Of a stretch of 64,000 bases of DNA, positions 43,217 to 54,371 are shown one piece after another. A program made the position numbers and the translations under genes. The stretch covers positions 1-64,000 of the forward strand of contig NIVC01001670.1 of NCBI GenBank assembly GCA_002269645.1, read 5' to 3'. This stretch comes from Macrostomum lignano. Lineage: Eukaryota. Each line of letters starts with the position of its first letter. Within the stretch, counting starts at the first letter, position 1. The notes beneath the pieces are model-generated. The model had not been told where the DNA came from. It did no database searches and worked only from the letters and a program-made list of their open reading frames with translations.

Positions 43217-43972
43217 ATGAGGTGCGAATTAGCCGTCGCAATTCTGATCCTGAGCAGCCAGTTGGAGCCAGCCGAGGCCGTCTGTCCCGCGCCGTTCGCA
43301 ACCGAGGCGGGCAGGTGTGTATTCATAAGCCAACCGCAGGCCTACAGCTGGTGCGAGGCCAACCTGCAGTGCGAAGGCCTCGGAGGCGAGCTCATCAACT
43401 CGTACAGCTCGCTGAAGCTGCTGGCCGGCATGCCGAGCTTTCAATGCGCCGACACGAGCAGGAGCTGCGGTGTGTGGCTCGGGGTGACCGACCTGGCCGA
43501 GGAGAGGGGGGCCAACAGGTCCGGCTGGCAGCTGGGGAACAGGAACGGCGTTCTTCCCCTGAACGACTCCCTGTGATCCCCCGACATGCCCAGCAGCAAA
43601 AGCAGCAACCAGGACTGCCTGTCCACCTCCGGCTTCTCAACTGAACTCATCGATCTGAAGTGCTCAACTCTGCGCGGATTTGCCTGCGAGTTCGTGGGAG
43701 CCGCGGCCCGGAATTTGACGGTGAGAGCCACGTGGCGGCGGGTGCAGTTCAGGCGCTCGGACTTCAACCCCAGCTCTGAGTACTGCTATGCGGATGTGCA
43801 GCGAGTGCTCAGCCCGATTCACTGCCTGGCGGCCGCCACCAAAGCTGGCAAAAGCAAGGACCTGCTGTACAACAGCAAGCTGAGGACCTGCCGTCTGCTG
43901 CTGTTCTCTGACTCCCAGGTGCAGGAGCAGATCGAGACCAGCGCCGACTGGGTGAAGTTCAGCGCCTACTGA
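43217..43972 (+). pseudogene. Secreted C-type lectin domain + PAN/apple-like domain gene with an in-frame TGA (43574-43576)
   Basis: Single frame: signal peptide; CTLD motifs CPAPF...GRC, SWCEANLQCEGLGGEL, VWLGVTD, QDC, DLKCSTLRGFACE; C-terminal HCLAA..LLYNSKLRTCRLL. The TGA in DSL*SPDMP sits at the expected CTLD Trp. AATAAA near 44223. Confidence 0.8.
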
Positions 43973-44454
43973 CGCGCGAAAGGCCCCGATGCGAGTGGGT
44001 GTCCGGAATCAAATTTCACCAAAGCTCCGTTCTCTAAACGTTTCCCAAAGAGACAGCGTCTCAACCCCACTGCAATTAATAATTAAATACTCTGGAGCTT
44101 GCACCTGTCCGGTGCACAGGTTGTTGCACAAGTGTATCGATTTGTATTCTAACAAAATACAACTTGATTACTCCAGCCATGTGAACTCCAGGTCTCCATG
44201 GTCTCTCCAAGATAATCGCATCGAATAAAAAATAAACTGAACATCATTTTTTGTTCGGCCAGGCAAAGTCAATTGAAAAAAACAAAGCAACACTTTTTAT
44301 CATTCCTATGTTGCCACGCGTTAAAATTGCGAAGCAATTTGTTTTCAGCATGTTAAACGAAAGATACCACAGAAACTGCGTTATGCGGCAAAAGTGACCG
44401 CATATGATTTCTCTGTCAACAGCTTAGCCGCATCTCGCCTCTCCACCTGCCACT

Positions 44455-44825
44455 CCGCTGCCGCTCCGCCTGCCTCTTCACCTGCCGCTCCACCTGCCGC
44501 TCCGCCTGCCGCTCCGCCTGCCGCTCCGCCTGCCGCTCCGCCTGCCGCTCAGCTTGCCGCTCCGCCTGCCGCTCCGCCTGCCTCTCCACCTGCCGCTCCG
44601 CTTGCCGCTCCGCCTGCCGCTCCGCCTGCCGCTCAGCTTGCCGCTCCGCCTGCCGCTCCGCCTGCCGCTCCGCCTGCCTCTCCACCTGCCGCTCCGCCTG
44701 CCGCTCCGCCTGCCGCTCCGCCTGCCGCTCCGCCAGCCGCTCCGCCTGCCGCTCCGCCTGCCGCTCCGCCTGCCGCTCCGCCTGCCGCTCCGCCTGCCGC
44801 TCCGCCTGCCGCTCCGCCTGCCGCT
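44455..44825. repeat. 12-bp repeat (CCGCTCCGCCTG)
   Basis: Direct periodicity. Confidence 0.92.
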
Positions 44826-45252
44826 AGTAGCTGGTAGCTGGTAGCTGGTAGCTGATTAGCTGATAACTGGTAGCTGGTAGCTGGTAGCATATTTAAGGGA
44901 CGAGAGTCGCATTTTCGGGAAATAAATAATCGGTACACTCACATATAAAATGAAATTTGCCTTGTAAGGATTCCGGTGAAAGTCAAAACCAGTTAATTTT
45001 GCTAATCAAACGTCCATTTTTCAGTTTTATCATAATACTAGGTACATAATTAGTAATTTCTGACACACTTCCAGTTAAGATTTGAGGAGCCCCGAATAAA
45101 GTGAAGAAATTACGCTCGTGGAACCAGAATTTTATGCATAAATAGCCGATATTAATTTTATTAATGAATAAATATTTCCCAGCAAGAGTTTATAGCGTCA
45201 AGATTTCCGAGTCCGGTAAATGTCGGGCTGACCTGCCACCACCTGGCGCAGC

Positions 45253-45498
45253 TCACAGCACGACGGCTTTCGCCACCTTGCCAACCACCTTGAGAACGCG
45301 GACCACCTTTCTGAGTCGGATGCCCTTCTTGACGAGTCCCTCGTCGCGCTCCTCGGACAGGCCGGACTCGTCAATGTTGGACAGGGCCTCCAGCGCGGCC
45401 ACAGTCTCCGCCTCCTCATCGGTCAGGTGCTGCTGGCTGGGCACGGCAGCGGCCAGGACGGCGCACAGCAGGAGGCCGAGAGCGAGCTGCCACTTCAT
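45253..45498 (-). CDS. Antimicrobial/cytolytic peptide-like prepropeptide, 81 aa, single exon
   Basis: MKWQLALGLLLCAVLAAAVPS (signal), acidic propiece QQHLTDEEAETVAALEALSNIDESGLSEERDEGLVKK, cationic C-terminus GIRLRKVVRVLKVVGKVAKAVVL; AATAAA at 45157-45162 on the minus strand. Confidence 0.8.
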   Translation of the reverse strand: MKWQLALGLLLCAVLAAAVPSQQHLTDEEAETVAALEALSNIDESGLSEERDEGLVKKGIRLRKVVRVLKVVGKVAKAVVL

Positions 45499-46309
45499 GC
45501 TGATTGAAGTATTCCGGCTGTCTGTAGATGAGGCTTGGAGGAGTCTGCAATTGCTGGCTTGGCCCGCTAAGCAGTGCGGAGCAGCCGCGCATTTATGCAC
45601 TCAAAACGGACACGTTTTTCCGGTTCGAAGGATCGACGCGCACTGCTGAGTTGCGGGCCGCACGTGAGCAAAGAACGAAGCGCTCTGACCCGCCCAGGAC
45701 AAATATTTCAAACTACTGTATAGAATTTGCGCTTTTGCTCGAGGTCCGGCACAGAGTCCCCGTTGTTTGTTAAAGGCTGCCTGACAAGATGCCACAGTGT
45801 CCTTTGTGCGAACTGTCAATATTGACGACAATTTCAGGGTGCCCTTTGCTATTTATCATGTCTTACAGTGCATTTGCTCGCTTTGCTTAGATTAAGCAAT
45901 CCAAAGCAGCAGACACAAAAAGATGAGAAGTAATTTACATAGTCTGTAATCTCTAATGTTCCAAAATCCCCTGGGATTTTTTCGCCGGACTTTTGCATAA
46001 CCATCATCATCATAATCCTCAGCTTATTGAGCAGATCTCAGACTGTCACGTCAGCTTCTTGACGCCCACGAATGTTTTCTACTCACAGAATATTTAGAAT
46101 CTTCAAGACTGTTATGAAACTCACCACCCTCCGTTACAATTGGGAAGGTAAACATCCATGACATTTTTCAACCTGCGCCCCAATTTCTGCCGGGGAAAAC
46201 AAAGATTGACTGATCATTGACACTTTCAGCAAGTCATGGTTTCGAGAAGACCTGCTTCCAGACAGGTCCTGCTTGCTGAAAGGCGCAGACTTGGTCTTGA
46301 CTCGGACAT

Positions 46310-46500
46310 CCGATACAAGCTCTGATTCGGACACGGATACAAGCTCTGATTCGGACACGGATACAAGCTCTGATTCGGACACGGATACAAGCCCTGATTC
46401 GGACACCGATACAAGCTCTGATTCGGACACCGATACAAGCTCTGATTCGGACACCGATACAAGCTCTGACTCGGACACGGATACAAGCTCTGATTCGGAC
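46310..46500. repeat. 24-bp repeat (GATACAAGCTCTGATTCGGACACG)
   Basis: About 8 copies. Confidence 0.9.
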
Positions 46501-46760
46501 TGTTGAGAAGATTGCTTCATTAGTAAAGAACGAAATTCATAGAGCTCAGCTCAACAACATCCTGAGAAGGCAGTTCGAAAAATGCAACACCAGGGAAAAT
46601 GCGGCTTGCACAGGTAATAATTAATGCGAAATGCTGCGCATGCTGTCGTGTATTTTTAATAATTTTACGGTTAGCTCGTCAAAATTTGTGAATGCACAAA
46701 GTATTTTTTGGCCAGTAAATTTCAAATTATTCTACGAAATGCGCGTCTGAAGGCTTCCGA

Positions 46761-48944
46761 TCAGGTAGCCACTGCCGCCACCAGTCGCGTCTGCAGCAGG
46801 GCGGCGACGTGCATTGACAGCGGAACGACGTCCGGCGGGCTTCCACCGAGCAGCAGGTAGACGCGGCGCCGACGACGGTCGAAAGCGGCCACGCAGGCGA
46901 GGGCGTAGTCGGACACGGATTTTGCCGGCGGAGCCTGACAAGCCCAGCCGTCCGGGGCTGCGTCATCGAGGGAGGCGGTCTGCGAATTCCGGTGGAGAGT
47001 TAACGAATACCGACACTGAAATCCCGATCACCGACACTGAAATCCCGAATACCGACACTGAAATTCCGAATACCGACACTGAAATCCCGAATACCGACAC
47101 TGAAATTCCGAATACCGACACTGAAATCCCGATCACCGACACTGAAATCCCGAATACCGACACTGAAATCTCGACTACCGACACTGAAATCCCGAATACC
47201 GACACTGAAATCCCGAATACCGACACTGAAATTCCGAATACCGACACTGAAATCTCGACTACCGACACTGAAATCCCGAATACCGACACTGAAATCTCGA
47301 CTACCGACACTGAAATCCCGAATACCGGCACTGAAATCCCGACTACCGACACTGAAATCCCGAATACCAACACTGAAATCCCGAATACCGACACCTGGGA
47401 GGCACCTTTCCTCAGATTAAGGATCACCAGAATGCCATTGGGATCTTCCAGTAAGATTTTCGGGGTGGGGAATTCCACTGTTAGGGACAGAGCCTATATT
47501 TCTCATCCACTGAACCGGCAGTCACGTGACACACCTTAAATAGAATGACGGCGCCGGGCACCAGCTGGTCGGGGATCCTTAGAGGCAGGTAGCGCATTGG
47601 ATTCTCGACAGCGTCGCGAAAGGCTGCCCAATCTATGTTTGGCGGAGGCGGCGGCGGTGGACGCGGAGGTGGCGTCGTTAGGGGAGGCGCTTGTCTTGCT
47701 GGCTGGCGCCGCTGCTTCCGTGACGAAGGCGCAGCGGCCGCCGGCGCGTCGGCTTGCGAGCCGCCCTGGCAGATCCGCGCGTCGGCTTGCGAGCCGCTCT
47801 GGCAGATCCGCGCGTCGGCTTGCAAGCCGCCCTGGCAGATCCGCGCGTCGGCTTGCGAGCCGCTCTGGCAGATCCGCGCGTCGGCTTGCGAGCCGCTCTG
47901 GCAGATCCGCGCGTCGGCTTGCGAACCGCCCTGGCAGATTCGGGCCAGCTGCCGCTGCTGCTGTTCAAGCAGGGCGCCGAGGCGCTGGAACTGGCGCTCA
48001 TTGTCTGCCCGCATTGACTGCAGCAGGCCGAACAGCTGGGCCAGCTGACTGGCCTCGGCTGGGCTGGCGGGCGTGGCGATGGGAGCCGCGGCCACCGCCT
48101 CCCTGGCGGCCGACGCTCTGCGGAATGCCGACTTCCCAGCCTCCGTAGGAGCGGCAAGCGTGCGATTTGAACTATAATCAGCGTCCTTAGCAACCTCCTT
48201 AGCAACTTTCTTAGCCGCATCTGATTGATTGCACAGCCGGCCCGAGTCCCTGGCAACATTGCGCCGATCCGCAGGCTGACAGAAGGCCAGGCAGTCCGGG
48301 TGACTCAGCAGACTTTTGCCGGCCAGCGCTGCCGCGTTCGCCTCGTTGCATTCGAGCAGCGACGAGCAGCTGGACGCTTCGTTGTATTCCAGCTGGCGCC
48401 GCTTCTCGGCCGCCTCTCGGCGACGCTTTGGCGACGGCCCGGCAACGACGGCAACGCCGGCGGCGTCCACAGTGACGCAGCCGCGACGCTTGAAGCCGCG
48501 CCGCTGGTCGCCAAGCCGCTGAATTGCGGCGGCGTCGCCAAACGGCGCGTCGGCGTCGGCCTCGCGCGCCTCACCGTCAGAGTCGAACTCCAGCCGGCGC
48601 GGCGGCTGCCAGGCGACACCGACTGGAAGAGCCAACTTGCGCGGCGGCCGGCCGAGGCGGGGCAGCGACCCGACCTGCGGCGACGCTGCTGTTGTTGACG
48701 ACTCACCCATAGGCGACGATGCGTTTGCCACCGCTGCTGCCGTAGCCTTCCGCTTGACCCGGCGTCTTCGACGTCGACTACGCCGACGCGGCGACTCGTC
48801 GACGGCGGCGCTGCTCGTCGCGGCCGGCGTCGGCGCGGAAGTGACGGTGGCGGAGGACGGCGCGCCGACTTGGCGCCGCTCTATCGGAGCAGCTGTCGGC
48901 GGCTCGCTCTCGGAGTCGTCGCTGTCGGTGGCGACTTTCTGCGT
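46761..48944 (-). CDS. COIL: Coilin-like protein: central low-complexity region and C-terminal Tudor-like domain; 5' exon(s) probably in 48945-49325
   Basis: Exon 48944-47535 (acidic DSDDSESE, basic RRRSRRRRRRVKRK, ending YLPLRIPDQLVPGAVILFK) splices in phase 0 to exon 46979-46761 (TASLDD...SVSDYALACVAAFDRRRRRVYLLL...ALLQTRLV). This recalls the coilin C-terminus (PxVGxxIAFK...VSDY...LIDPRL). Assignment is from remembered motif similarity, not a search. Confidence 0.55.
47006..47395. repeat. 21-bp intronic repeat (ACCGACACTGAAATCCCGAAT)
   Basis: Direct periodicity. Confidence 0.93.
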
Positions 48945-49394
48945 CTGGAAAAAATGAGACGAATAGAAATGAAATGCGGAATAGAAGCGATAGATACTAC
49001 TACATTAGAGTTTCAGTAGTATACTTAAGAAATCAGTCGTAAAAAGATTTTTTTGCATAAATTAAGCAGCTATTTCATAAAGAATCCAGACAGTGTATTT
49101 GCACAGAGCCATGGTAGAAATAGAAAACAGTCAACCGCACAGATAAAAAGGTGTCAGACGTGGAGAATTCTTTAAAATTGATAGGCCACACAATATTATG
49201 AAAAGAACAAGTTGCGAGTTTGCAGTTTAAATAGCTACAAGAAAAATTTGGCAATGGCCCCAACCTCAACCTTGGCGCTCTCTGATTGGCTGCGGCCCGC
49301 ATTGATAAGTTCGTGCACCGGAATGCTAAGCAACAGAAACAAATAAACAAACAGAGTTCAATCAACCAAAAATTGACAGAACTTTAGCAGCACA

Positions 49395-51961
49395 TCAGAG
49401 CTCATCCCGCTCCCTGGCCAGAATCTCCATCATCTCCCTGACTGTCCGGTCGAACTGCAGGAAGTGCCGATCGATGTCGCGCAGCCGCTCAACCGGTTGG
49501 CCTTCGACTTCGGCCAAGTCCACCAAGGAGTCGCCGTTGGTGTCGAATGCCTTGAACACCTGTTGATGACCGGGCATGGATAAGATGGCGCTGAGCGATC
49601 CAGCCAGCCAGCCAGCTCGAGGGGCGCAAAGAAAGGGTGGGGGATGGGGTGGGGAGGGGGGCATGAAGGCTATGAGGGAGGGGGCATGAGGGAGGGGGCA
49701 TGAAAGAGGGGGGAATGAGGGAGGGGGCATGAAGGAGGGGGGAATGAGGGAGGGGGCATGAAGGAGGGGGAATGAGGGAGGGGGCATGAATGAAGGGGGG
49801 AATGAGGGAGGGGGCATGAAGGAGGGGTCATGAAGGAGAGGGGAATGAGGGAGGGGGACATGGGAGAGGGGCATGAGGGAGGGGCATGAGGGAGGGGCAT
49901 GAGGGAGGGGGCCATGAGGGAGGGGCATGAGGGAGGGGCATGAGGGAGGGGCCATGAGGGAGGGGCATGAGGGAGGGGCATGAGGGAGGGGGCCATGAGG
50001 GAGGGGCATGAGGGAGGGGCATGAGGGAGGGGCATGAGGGAGGGGGCCATGAGGGAGGGGGCTCTGTAGGGATGTGCAGCATGAAGGGGCGCCCACCGCA
50101 GGGAAACACCATCAGCAAACAACAAGAGCGCGCACACAAAACAACTTACAATGCTGAGCTCGTCAACAAACCGGTCACCGAAACGAGTCTTCAATTCGCC
50201 GTGCTCCTGAAAACAAACAGAACAAGGATTGACTCTTTAAGTACAATGAAGTTCCCACAGTTCCCCTCCATTCACAGTGCTACTCTATTCACACAGCCGC
50301 TCTCCATTCACAGTGCCACTCTATTCACACAGCTCCCCCTCAATTCACAGTGTCACTCTATTCACACAGCGGCTCTCCATTCACAGTGCCACTGTATTCA
50401 CACAGCCCCTCTCCATTCACAGTGCCACTCTATTCACACAGCTCCCCCTCCATTCACAGTGCCACTCTTTTCACAAAGTCCCTCTCCATTCACAGCGCCA
50501 CTCTATTCACACAGCCCCTCTCCATTCACAGTGCCACTCTGTTCACACAGCTCCCCCCTCCATTCACAGTGCCACTCTATTCACACAGTCCCTCTCCATT
50601 CACAGTGCCACTCTTTTCACACAGTCCCTCTCCATTCACAGTGCCACTCTATTCACACAGTCCCTCTCCATTCACAGTGCCACTCTTTTCACACAGTCCC
50701 TCTCCATTCACAGTGCCACTCTTTTCACACAGTCCCTCTCCATTCACAGTGCCACTCTATTCACACAGTCCCTCTCCATTCACAGTGCTACTCTTTTCAC
50801 ACAGTCCCTCTCCATTCACAGTGCCACTCTATTCACACAGCCCCTCTCCATTCACAGTGCCACTCTTTTCACACAGCTCCCCTCCATTCACAGTGCCACT
50901 CTATTCACACAGCTCCCCCTCAATTCACAGTGTCACTCTATTCACACAGCGGCTCTCCATTCACAGTGCCACTGTATTCACACAGCCCCTCTCCATTCAC
51001 AGTGCCACTCTATTCACACAGCCCCTCTCCATTCACAGTGCCACTCTTTTCACACAGCTCCCCTCCATTCACAGTGCCACTCTATTCACACAGTCCCTCT
51101 CCATTCACAGTGCCACTCTTTTCACACAGTCCCTCTCCATTCACAGTGCCACTCTATTCACACAGCCCCTCTCCATTCACAGTGCCACTCTATTCACACA
51201 GTCCCTCTCCATTCCCAGTGCCACTCTTTTCACACAGTCCCTCTCCATTCACAGTGCCACTCTTTTCACACAGTCCCTCTCCATTCACAGTGCCACTCTA
51301 TTCACACAGTCCCTCTCCATTCACAGTGCCACTCTTTTCACACAGTCCCTCTCCATTCACAGTGCCACTCTATTCACACAGTCCCTCTCCATTCACAGTG
51401 CTACTCTTTTCACACAGTCCCTCTCCATTCACAGTGCCACTCTATTCACACAGCCCCTCTCCATTCACAGTGCCACTCTTTTCACACAGCTCCCCTCCAT
51501 TCACAGTGCCACTCTATTCACACAGCTCTCACCGGCACGATGCGGTCAAGCAGGGCCGCAAAGTCCAGCGGACCGGCGGCCTGGCGCAGCGTCTCGGCGA
51601 ACAGGTCGGTGGGGGGCCGGTAGCCGAAGCCCTTGAAGCTGGCCGTGTCGATCAGCCAGGCCGGGTCCGGCCGCTCCTCGTTGCAGTTGTCGGTGGCGCG
51701 GACCAGCGCGGTGTCGAACCAGAGGTTGACGGCGATGTTGCGGCCGTAGGAGCGGACTTGGTGGATCCACTTGAACGGGATGTACAGGCAGTCGCCGGGA
51801 AACAGGTGGGCGATATAGAACTGAACGTCAGCCATGCCGGGGTAGGCGCGGAAGTCGACGGAGTCCACGTCCATGGAGGAGTAGGAGCCTTCCGGCCTGT
51901 CGATGGGCACCCGGTGGCCGTGCACTGCCGGGTCAACCTGTGGGGCGGGAGGGGCTGGGTG

Positions 51962-52030
<69 letters not shown>

Positions 52031-52057
52031 CACACACACACAGACAGACAGACAGAC

Positions 52058-52118
<61 letters not shown>

Positions 52119-52141
52119 CACACACAGACAGACAGACAGAC

Positions 52142-52206
<65 letters not shown>

Positions 52207-52211
52207 CACAC

Positions 52212-52294
<83 letters not shown>

Positions 52295-53599
52295 CACACA
52301 CAGACGGACAGACAGACTAAGACAGACACAGACAGACACAGACAGACAGACAGACAGACGGACAGACAGACAGACACACACACAGACAGACAGACGGACA
52401 CACAGACAGACAGACACACAGACAGACCATAACAAAAGTTTTGTTCCCGCGCAGCACGCAGTTAAGGTTGTCCACAGCGTCTGTGTGCACCACTGAGCTG
52501 GTGCCGCCGCTGCTGAACCAGACGATGGCTTCGACCAAGGCACCCGCCACATCGGGGCACTGCAGGCTCCAAGGCAGGGGAAAGTCGGGCGCCAGGAAGC
52601 GGGGCATGCTGGCCACCATGTAGTGGCCTGAGGTGTTGTAGGAGCGCACGAACTGATGGAATGGCGTATCGTAGGTTCGCTGCTGCCGGCTCTCCTTCTT
52701 GGTGGTCTCCACATGCACCTGCGAGCGATGGTAACTGACTGACTGACTGACTGACTGACTGACTGACTGACTGACTGACTGACTGACTGACTGACTGACT
52801 GACTGACTGACTGACTGACTGACTGACTGACTGACTGACTGACTGACTGACTGACTGACTGACTGACTGACTGACTGACTGACTGACTGACTGACTGACT
52901 GACTGACTGACTGACTGACTGACTGACTGACTGACTGACTGACCTGAGAGCTGTTGGGATCTAGCGGCAGTTGCAGGAAGTAGTCATCGTCCCACATGCG
53001 GAAGGCGCGGGTCTGTCTTGCTGCGCCGCGCATCAGCAGGGGCCGAAGCTGGCGCACCTGCTCCTGGTAAAACCGGCCGGGCGGCGGGAAGCCGTCAGCC
53101 AACTCGGGCACGGGCAGCTGGGGATGCCTTCAGGCGGAGTGGAGATGACTCGACCATGTGCTTTAATGCCCGACAGAGCCCCCTATGTGCCTTAATGTCC
53201 GATAGAGCCTCCTATGTACTTTAATGTGCGACAGAACTTCTATGTACTTTAATGTCCGGTAGAGCCCCTTATGTACTTTAATGTCGCATGGAGCCCCTCA
53301 TGTACTTTAATGTCCGATACAGCATTTATGTACTTCAATGTACCTGCTACTGCACACTTGTACTTGCATAGCCGCACACACACTTCCCCCGCTCACCTGG
53401 AAGTCCCAAACGGACGTTTATGGCCGATCCCGTACGCCTCCTCGCCGCCGTCCAGCAAGTCCAGCCAGTAGCAGCAGAAGCAACCGCAGCCGGCAAGCAG
53501 AAGCAACAAAGTTGTAACAATAATAAACGGCTTCAAACGCCCAGGTGGCGAGGTGCTCGCCAAGCCCGACGTCTCCGAGCTGCTCGTTGCGCCTGTCAT
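49395..53599 (-). CDS. JmjC/Cupin_8 2-oxoglutarate oxygenase-like protein with N-terminal hydrophobic segment, EF-hand and C-terminal RDEL, about 434 aa, 6 exons
   Basis: Exons 53599-53397, 53127-52944, 52718-52428, 51937-51533, 50206-50150 and 49559-49395 with consistent phases. Motifs: [29 protein letters not shown] (HxD), [17 protein letters not shown] (distal His), [12 protein letters not shown] (EF-hand loop), terminal RDEL. Confidence 0.88.
49660..50062. repeat. 13-14-bp G-rich repeat (GAGGGAGGGGCAT)
   Basis: Direct periodicity. Confidence 0.88.
50265..51527. repeat. 36-bp intronic minisatellite (CCCTCTCCATTCACAGTGCCACTCTATTCACACAGT)
   Basis: Fills the intron 50207-51532. Confidence 0.95.
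51960..52427. repeat. (GACA)n/(CA)n intronic microsatellite
   Basis: Direct periodicity up to the donor. Confidence 0.95.
52733..52943. repeat. (GACT)n microsatellite forming nearly an entire 225-nt intron
   Basis: Direct periodicity. Confidence 0.95.
53160..53340. repeat. Degenerate repeat of about 29 bp (TATGTACTTTAATGTCCGATAGAGCC)
   Basis: About 6 diverged copies. Confidence 0.7.
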
Positions 53600-54371
53600 G
53601 AAAGTACATTGAGTTTTTACACCCTTCTTGCATTTTTCCAGCTGATATCGAAAATTTTATGGTAATAACCTGACTTATCTACTTTTAGTAGGCTAATAAA
53701 TGAAAAATAAGAAATCTCGCATACTCTTGAAATTACCATTTTAAATAAACAAATTAATGCTAACAACCCTACTTTTCTGCTAATAGTAGCCTAAATAGTT
53801 TTTGGTGTTTGTTTCTCATTCGGCACCATTTTACTAACAGATGCTAATTTACAGCCCCGGCTAGCCCCACCAGGGATGACTAACAAGATCTATGGGGTGA
53901 AGTCAGCTATTTCACCTGGGTACTGCAGGGCTCAATGTGAGGTAGGCGCCCCAAAAAAACAAAAACTTTGCACACTTTCAGCAATGAATTTTTCAGAGCG
54001 AAACAAAAAAGAATCAATTTTGGTTAAATTTCTCATAATATATTGTGATTAAAAAATGGATATTTTGTTTATCTGGAACAGCTACGCTCGTAAATAAAAT
54101 TTTACGCATACGATTTCTAAAGAACATATGCTGATAAAATTACTTTACAATATAACAATTAGCTTAATAAATAATAATTAGACATAATAAAATCACAACA
54201 CCATACAGAGAGACAGCAGATGTGTGTGGGAGAAATGTTACAGAGGAGGGCCTACTAGCATATTTTAAAGCTTTATTTTGACCAACCAGATTTTATGGGA
54301 CTGCTCTGCTGCGGAGGAACGAGCCTCAACTGAGCATTGGCTCGCTATGCGCCTGTGCACTCCTCCAGCGT

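Noticed and set aside
43574-43576. Selenocysteine or programmed readthrough at the lectin TGA
   Set aside because: The position corresponds to Trp rather than Cys, and I could not identify a SECIS element; a TGG>TGA change is simpler.
46140-46620. Possible plus-strand gene with DTSSDSDT repeats and a downstream donor
   Set aside because: Fragments are interrupted by stops, there is no recognisable domain, and the repeat explains the ORF.
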